Shown: in pieces, positions 59,427 through 64,000 of the stretch
Position numbering within the stretch: position 1 is the stretch's first letter
Layout of the letters: every line of letters starts with the position of its first letter
DNA from: Phoronis australis
Lineage: Eukaryota > Animalia > Phoronida
Direction: 5' to 3'
Length of the DNA stretch: 64,000 nucleotides
Assembly: GCA_002633005.1 (NCBI GenBank)
Contig: NMRA01000412.1
Span: forward strand, 219,452 to 283,451
The notes under the pieces: model-generated
The model's database searches: none
The model's input: the letters and a program-made list of their open reading frames with translations, nothing else
What the model was told of the DNA's origin: nothing
Position numbers and translations under genes: made by a program

Positions 59427-62400
59427 TGTCACGTTTTTCTCCGTGTGTGGGTGGGCACAGGTTCTTACAGACCGGTGCTCATAGCTTTCGGTGCGACGGT
59501 ATAGACAAAAGACTGGCTCGAGTTAATCGCGTTATTAATCTCGGTAGTACAGCACGTTTACAAGCCTATTGAAACAAAACGTCCGACGTAATGTCTACGC
59601 TCTAGCAAGTGCTGTGAAGCCTTGACATGTAAGGAACTTCTGAGACACTTTCAGCAACTCAAAAATAACTCTCTCGTAACTAACTGGTTTTCAACTTTCA
59701 ACTGACTCTCACAATCCCGTGCTGTGTGTTTGTAGACTAATGCATTGTTCTAGAACTTTTCACCAATTCAAGCACATTCCAAAACTTTCCAGACACTGCC
59801 CAGTCATTCAAAAAACTTATACTAGCCTCAAGAATGTTCCAAATTAATCATTAATATGCTAGATTTTTCTAGAATATTCCACACTATTCTGAAAATAACA
59901 AATTACATCATCACTGTGCTGACCTCAGGGGTCATGCCAATCAATATCACAAAAAGAACAACAGAACAAAATAATAAAACTGAGAACAGTGTTAGTCCAC
60001 TCCTGAAAATACATTCCTGCCAAAGAAAAATACTGTGTCATTTTCTAACACATAATCAAGGGACACAGGTAGATAATCTTCTTTTCTAAGGTGCTCCATG
60101 ATTTGACTCTGTTAGTCGACTTAAATAATTGGCATCAACGTTAGACGTTCCCGAGATATCCTCCAATTGGAATTTATAATACTGCAGCGCTATTGCCCGT
60201 CGCATAACTCTGGGACTCTCAATCTTGCATCGCTGAATATATACCAACAGCTTGAGGTCTGTCTGAACCACGAATTCCGTCCCGTAGAGATAAAACTGGA
60301 AAAGTTTAACAGCAAACACTATCGCCAAACAATCTTTCTCTTCTGTGAAGTAATGCCGCTCGCTCTCTTCAATCGTCAGGCTGGTATACGGAATAGGGAA
60401 TGTCCCATCGTCAAACTCATGCAGTAAAATTCCTCCTAAAACATCGTTTGATGCGTCCGTCCCAACAATGAATCTTTTGGTGAAGTCTGGTACTCGTAGG
60501 ATTGTAACTACTTAAAAGCGCTTGTTTTAGCTTTTTGAATGCCTGGTCATGAACATCGGTCCACACAACTTTCTTTGGCTAACCCTTCTTCAGTAACTCG
60601 GTCAACGGTGTGGCTGTCTGTGCACAATTAGGCAAAAATGTTCGGTAGTATCCTGTAATCCCTAGGAATGACCGTACCTCAATCTTGGTAGAAGGTGCTG
60701 GTGCATCCTGGATCCTCATTAGCTTTTGGTCGTCCATAGCTATCTGATTTATTCCAACCTGATGTCCAAGGAACTCCACCTCCTGATATCCAACGATACA
60801 CTTGGACGGTTTAACTTCCAAGCCTGCTTGTTTTACTCTCTGAAACAAGTCTCTCAGTGTACGGAGATGTTCTTCCCAGGTGACAGTGTGGAGTAGCACA
60901 TTGACAACATACTGCTCGATATTATCTGAACCTGCCAAATCCTTGTCATCATCCGGTGGAACGTAACCGCTGAATTCACCAAACGGCATTCTTTGGACAT
61001 TGGTAACAGCCTCTTGGAGTCACAAATGCAGTTTTCTCTTTATTCGCCTCATCCATTGGAATTTACTAGTAGCCCTTTGTGAAGTCGAACTTCGAGAAGA
61101 AACGTAGAGTATGCAAAGTCGCCATAATAGTTTCAGGGTTATCCATGGGTTCGTTTGCAAATTTGGTCGCTGCATTCAGCCTCCGGTAGTCAACACAGAA
61201 CCTTGTGTGTAAGCTGAAGTGGGAGGCTCAATGATGTTCATCATTAACATCTCCTGTTCTTCCTTCTTCACTCGCTTCTGAGTAATGTACGGCATCTGAC
61301 GTGGTCTCACCCTCACTGGTTGTTCTGTCGTCAACTCGATGATGTAGCTGGCCGAATCGGTCTCTTCAACCTGATTGGTGAAGATATCACGATAGTCATG
61401 TATGAGCTGTAGTGGCGGTTCACGCTGTTTTGACGTCAAGGAATCGGACAACTTAACGTCCTGTAGGTTTCATTGTGAACCTCCGGCCAAAACTCTAAAG
61501 CCGCCTTCATCAAGAGTGGTCACTTTGTCAGTTTCACATTCTTCAATAAACACTGCTCCGATCGCTTCATGTTTGTCTCCGATGTTGTCAGCCTTGCGTT
61601 AGTGATACGCCATCAACAGATTAACATGGAAGATTTTAATCTTGCCATTCATGTTGATTCTGTAGTCCATACGGTTGACGATTTCTGTAACTTCGTATGG
61701 CCTCTTCTACTGCGGGGTAAGCTGGCTGTGGTCTGTACGAAAAAATACCAACACTCTTTGTCCCACTCTGCCTATCAATGGCCTTCTTGTCATAGTAATG
61801 CTTGTGAATACCTTGCGCATTATACAGGCTTTCCTAACCAAATCGCAGATCTCTTCTAAGCGGTTTCTAAGCTCGAAGACATACTAGTATGTATTTTGGA
61901 CTTCGATGTTGTCTTCCCTAGTCCATAGTTTGCTAAGGTTTTGCATCGGACCTCTTAGTGTCCAACCATATTGCAACTCAAAGAGTAAAAATTCTGTGTT
62001 TGTTTGGGGTCCTTCCCAGTTAGCACACAGGACAGCTTGCAGATATCGGTCTCAGTCCCTTGGTCTTTCTTGACACATCTTCTTCAGCATGACTTTGAGT
62101 GCAGGGTTGATTCTTTCAGAGAGCTCGTTACAGCCTGAATTGTAACGGGTCGTATACAGCTGCTGTGCATTCACAATCCTGCTGACCTACTTCATCAGTT
62201 CCTCTGTGAACTGCGTTCCATGATCTCTCAGGATCTCTCATGGGAACCTTATTCTATTTCTAACAACGTTTTAGCCACACACTCTGTCTCAAACTTCGAA
62301 AACGCCACTGCTTCCGGGTATCTGGTGGCGAAATCTACCAACGTGAGAATGTATCTGTTTCTCTTGTCGAAAAACGGAGGTCAGGGCCTATCAGATCAAT

Positions 62401-62675
62401 CACGAAACTTTTGAAAGGTCCCTCCACCAAAGGCATCTCTTTCAGTGGTAACTTATTCACTCGATCTTTTGGGATTGTCTGATGATCTGTAGAAGCAATT
62501 CATTTCAGATGCCACCCCTGGGTATTAGAAGTTGCTGTTGATACGGTCAGTTGTCTTACTAACACCTAGGTGTCCACCGAGCATGGACGCATGGGCGAGC
62601 CTCATCACGGACTTCCGTAAACTGCTCAGCACGACAACTTGTTTCACCTCGTCACCGTTCTTATTCTTAAGTACT
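59427..62675 (-). mobile_element. Decayed Ty3/Gypsy LTR retrotransposon of Gmr1 type (integrase upstream of RT); 5'-truncated
   Basis: Minus strand in order: integrase Zn finger (RLAHASMLGGHLGVSKTTDRI, about 62600); core (YILTLVDFATRYPEA, DHGTQF, SERIN); GPY/F-like tail (RPYEVTEIVNRMDYRI..FHVNLL, about 61620); RT (about 61460-60580; MPFG, YVVN replacing YxDD, FLGH, VRSFLGITGYYR); RNase H (TDAS, EKDCLAIVFAV, NVDANYLSR, ending about 60086). Many stops and frameshifts. A putative 3' LTR ending ..CGTGACA at 59427 is tentative. Confidence 0.85.
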
Positions 62676-63340
62676 AGTCCACGAGAGCACCAGCCATGAG
62701 CGGCAAGGTGGGGGTCAGCCGATTTTCACCAAATTTGGCACATAGGTAGTCCTATGGGATCTATAAACAGCGGTAAAATATTTCCTCAAAATATTGCGTT
62801 TTTCTAAAGTTATAGGCTCAAACACATTTTATGGCTTCGCAGCCATGTTTTCACGGTATAAAACTGTCCAGATTTAACTGTTCATCTTTTTCCTTGAATG
62901 AAAGCTATTGATTTATTATTCACTTGGCATTGTTTAGTGGTGCCTGTAGATTGTTACACAGATGTCTTGAAACACGATTCCGATTTACCGCCCTCATTTA
63001 GTAGTTTTACTACACTGCCCCCCGTTATGCCATTTTGAGGTTGTGTTCGGTACACTGCTGTACCAAATCTGCCCCCACTGTTATGAGAATGAAACTTAGC
63101 CAAAATGTTGACAAAACATGTTACTTTCATTTCATAAAATAAAAACTTTGTCAGCCAGTTTATTAGTTATATATTTTGGCACCTCAAATGTACTAAAATG
63201 AGAAATTTTCATATATCTGCGATCGATGCGTGAGCACCGTAAAATCCGATTGTCCTTCATGTTTTTCGATATTTTGCAACAAGTTAGTTCCTCCTGAATG
63301 TTTTGAACGTTTTACTACTGATCACTTAGGGCTATAGTAC
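62676..63340. mobile_element. Non-coding repeat/DNA-element-like sequence that interrupts the Gypsy integrase
   Basis: Pol homology stops abruptly at about 62675 and is replaced by AT-rich non-coding sequence with G/C-run motifs (GGCAAGGTGGGGTCAG, CTGCCCCC); boundaries uncertain. Confidence 0.35.
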
Positions 63341-64000
63341 CCCTAAATACCATACATGGCTCCCTTTTGTAAAAAGCCGATTATGTCCTCCACAGTGAAC
63401 AGGATTAGACATGAACTCGACAAATGTACGTTATTTTGATTTACAGTTGTTTTATTTTGCAATTTTCTCATGGGTATTTCTTCACACATATTCAAGTCAG
63501 ATTTTCTGTTGATCAAATGTTCATGCAATGCATTGTAATATCAAATGAAGGATAAGTTTGGTTGCATGACCGCAATTTTTCCCACGACTTCAAACAAAAG
63601 ACCGCAGAAATTTTCCTGACGAAATACCGGGTTTGCAGTTCTGTAAAAACATTCGAATGACAAGACAAACTCCACCACTGTCCATGGCAACTCGTCGCAT
63701 GTTTTTCGCCCATCGGTCCTATCATTGTTTTCCTTTGTTGTGTCATTGTTGGATGTAACAACACAGGTCGCATGGATATAGAACCTTGCGTACATCAGAC
63801 CGTTGCCGATAAGTGCTCGTCATTATATCTTTATTATAACAACGGAAACAATGAAGATGCTAATCTATTGTTCTGTATGCGACCAGGTTTCCCGTGGATG
63901 ACCACAGAAGAGGAATCCCAAAGTATCCACAAACAATGACCACGCACCTTAGTAACTATTACCGCGCACACGAATCCTTTCCGTGGAACCTAAACACCAA

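Overview
AT-rich, intron-containing animal (invertebrate-like) genomic DNA, not prokaryotic. Single-N scaffold joins lie at 18836, 34080, 49236, 53049 and 55757. Four protein-coding genes can be rebuilt by hand from GT-AG splice sites and reading-frame phase. (1) An 11-exon hexa-EF-hand calbindin-32/Cbp53E-like gene (+, 4071-23693, 302 aa). (2) A 10-exon XNDC1N-like gene (-, 41958-29612, about 614 aa) with an XRCC1-N-type domain plus a DEK-C-like helical segment, a SUMO-interacting-like motif and a C-terminal UBZ4-type zinc finger. (3) A dynein light chain roadblock gene (+, 42279-48093, 99 aa), head-to-head with gene 2 across about 320 bp. (4) An intronless, secreted GH76 (alpha-1,6-mannanase family) glycoside hydrolase with an 8-Cys tail (-, 51477-50101), a family best known from bacteria and fungi. 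Introns and intergenic DNA are full of mobile elements: an internally deleted piggyBac, Kolobok-type elements (one non-autonomous, one decayed THAP-transposase copy), a decayed Gmr1-type Gypsy (INT-RT-RH order), a small TRIM-like element with tRNA-like LTRs, tRNA-derived SINE heads and several MITE families. Two apparent tandem duplications meet at N joins and are probably uncollapsed haplotype overlaps. All assignments come from motif recognition by eye; no database search was run.
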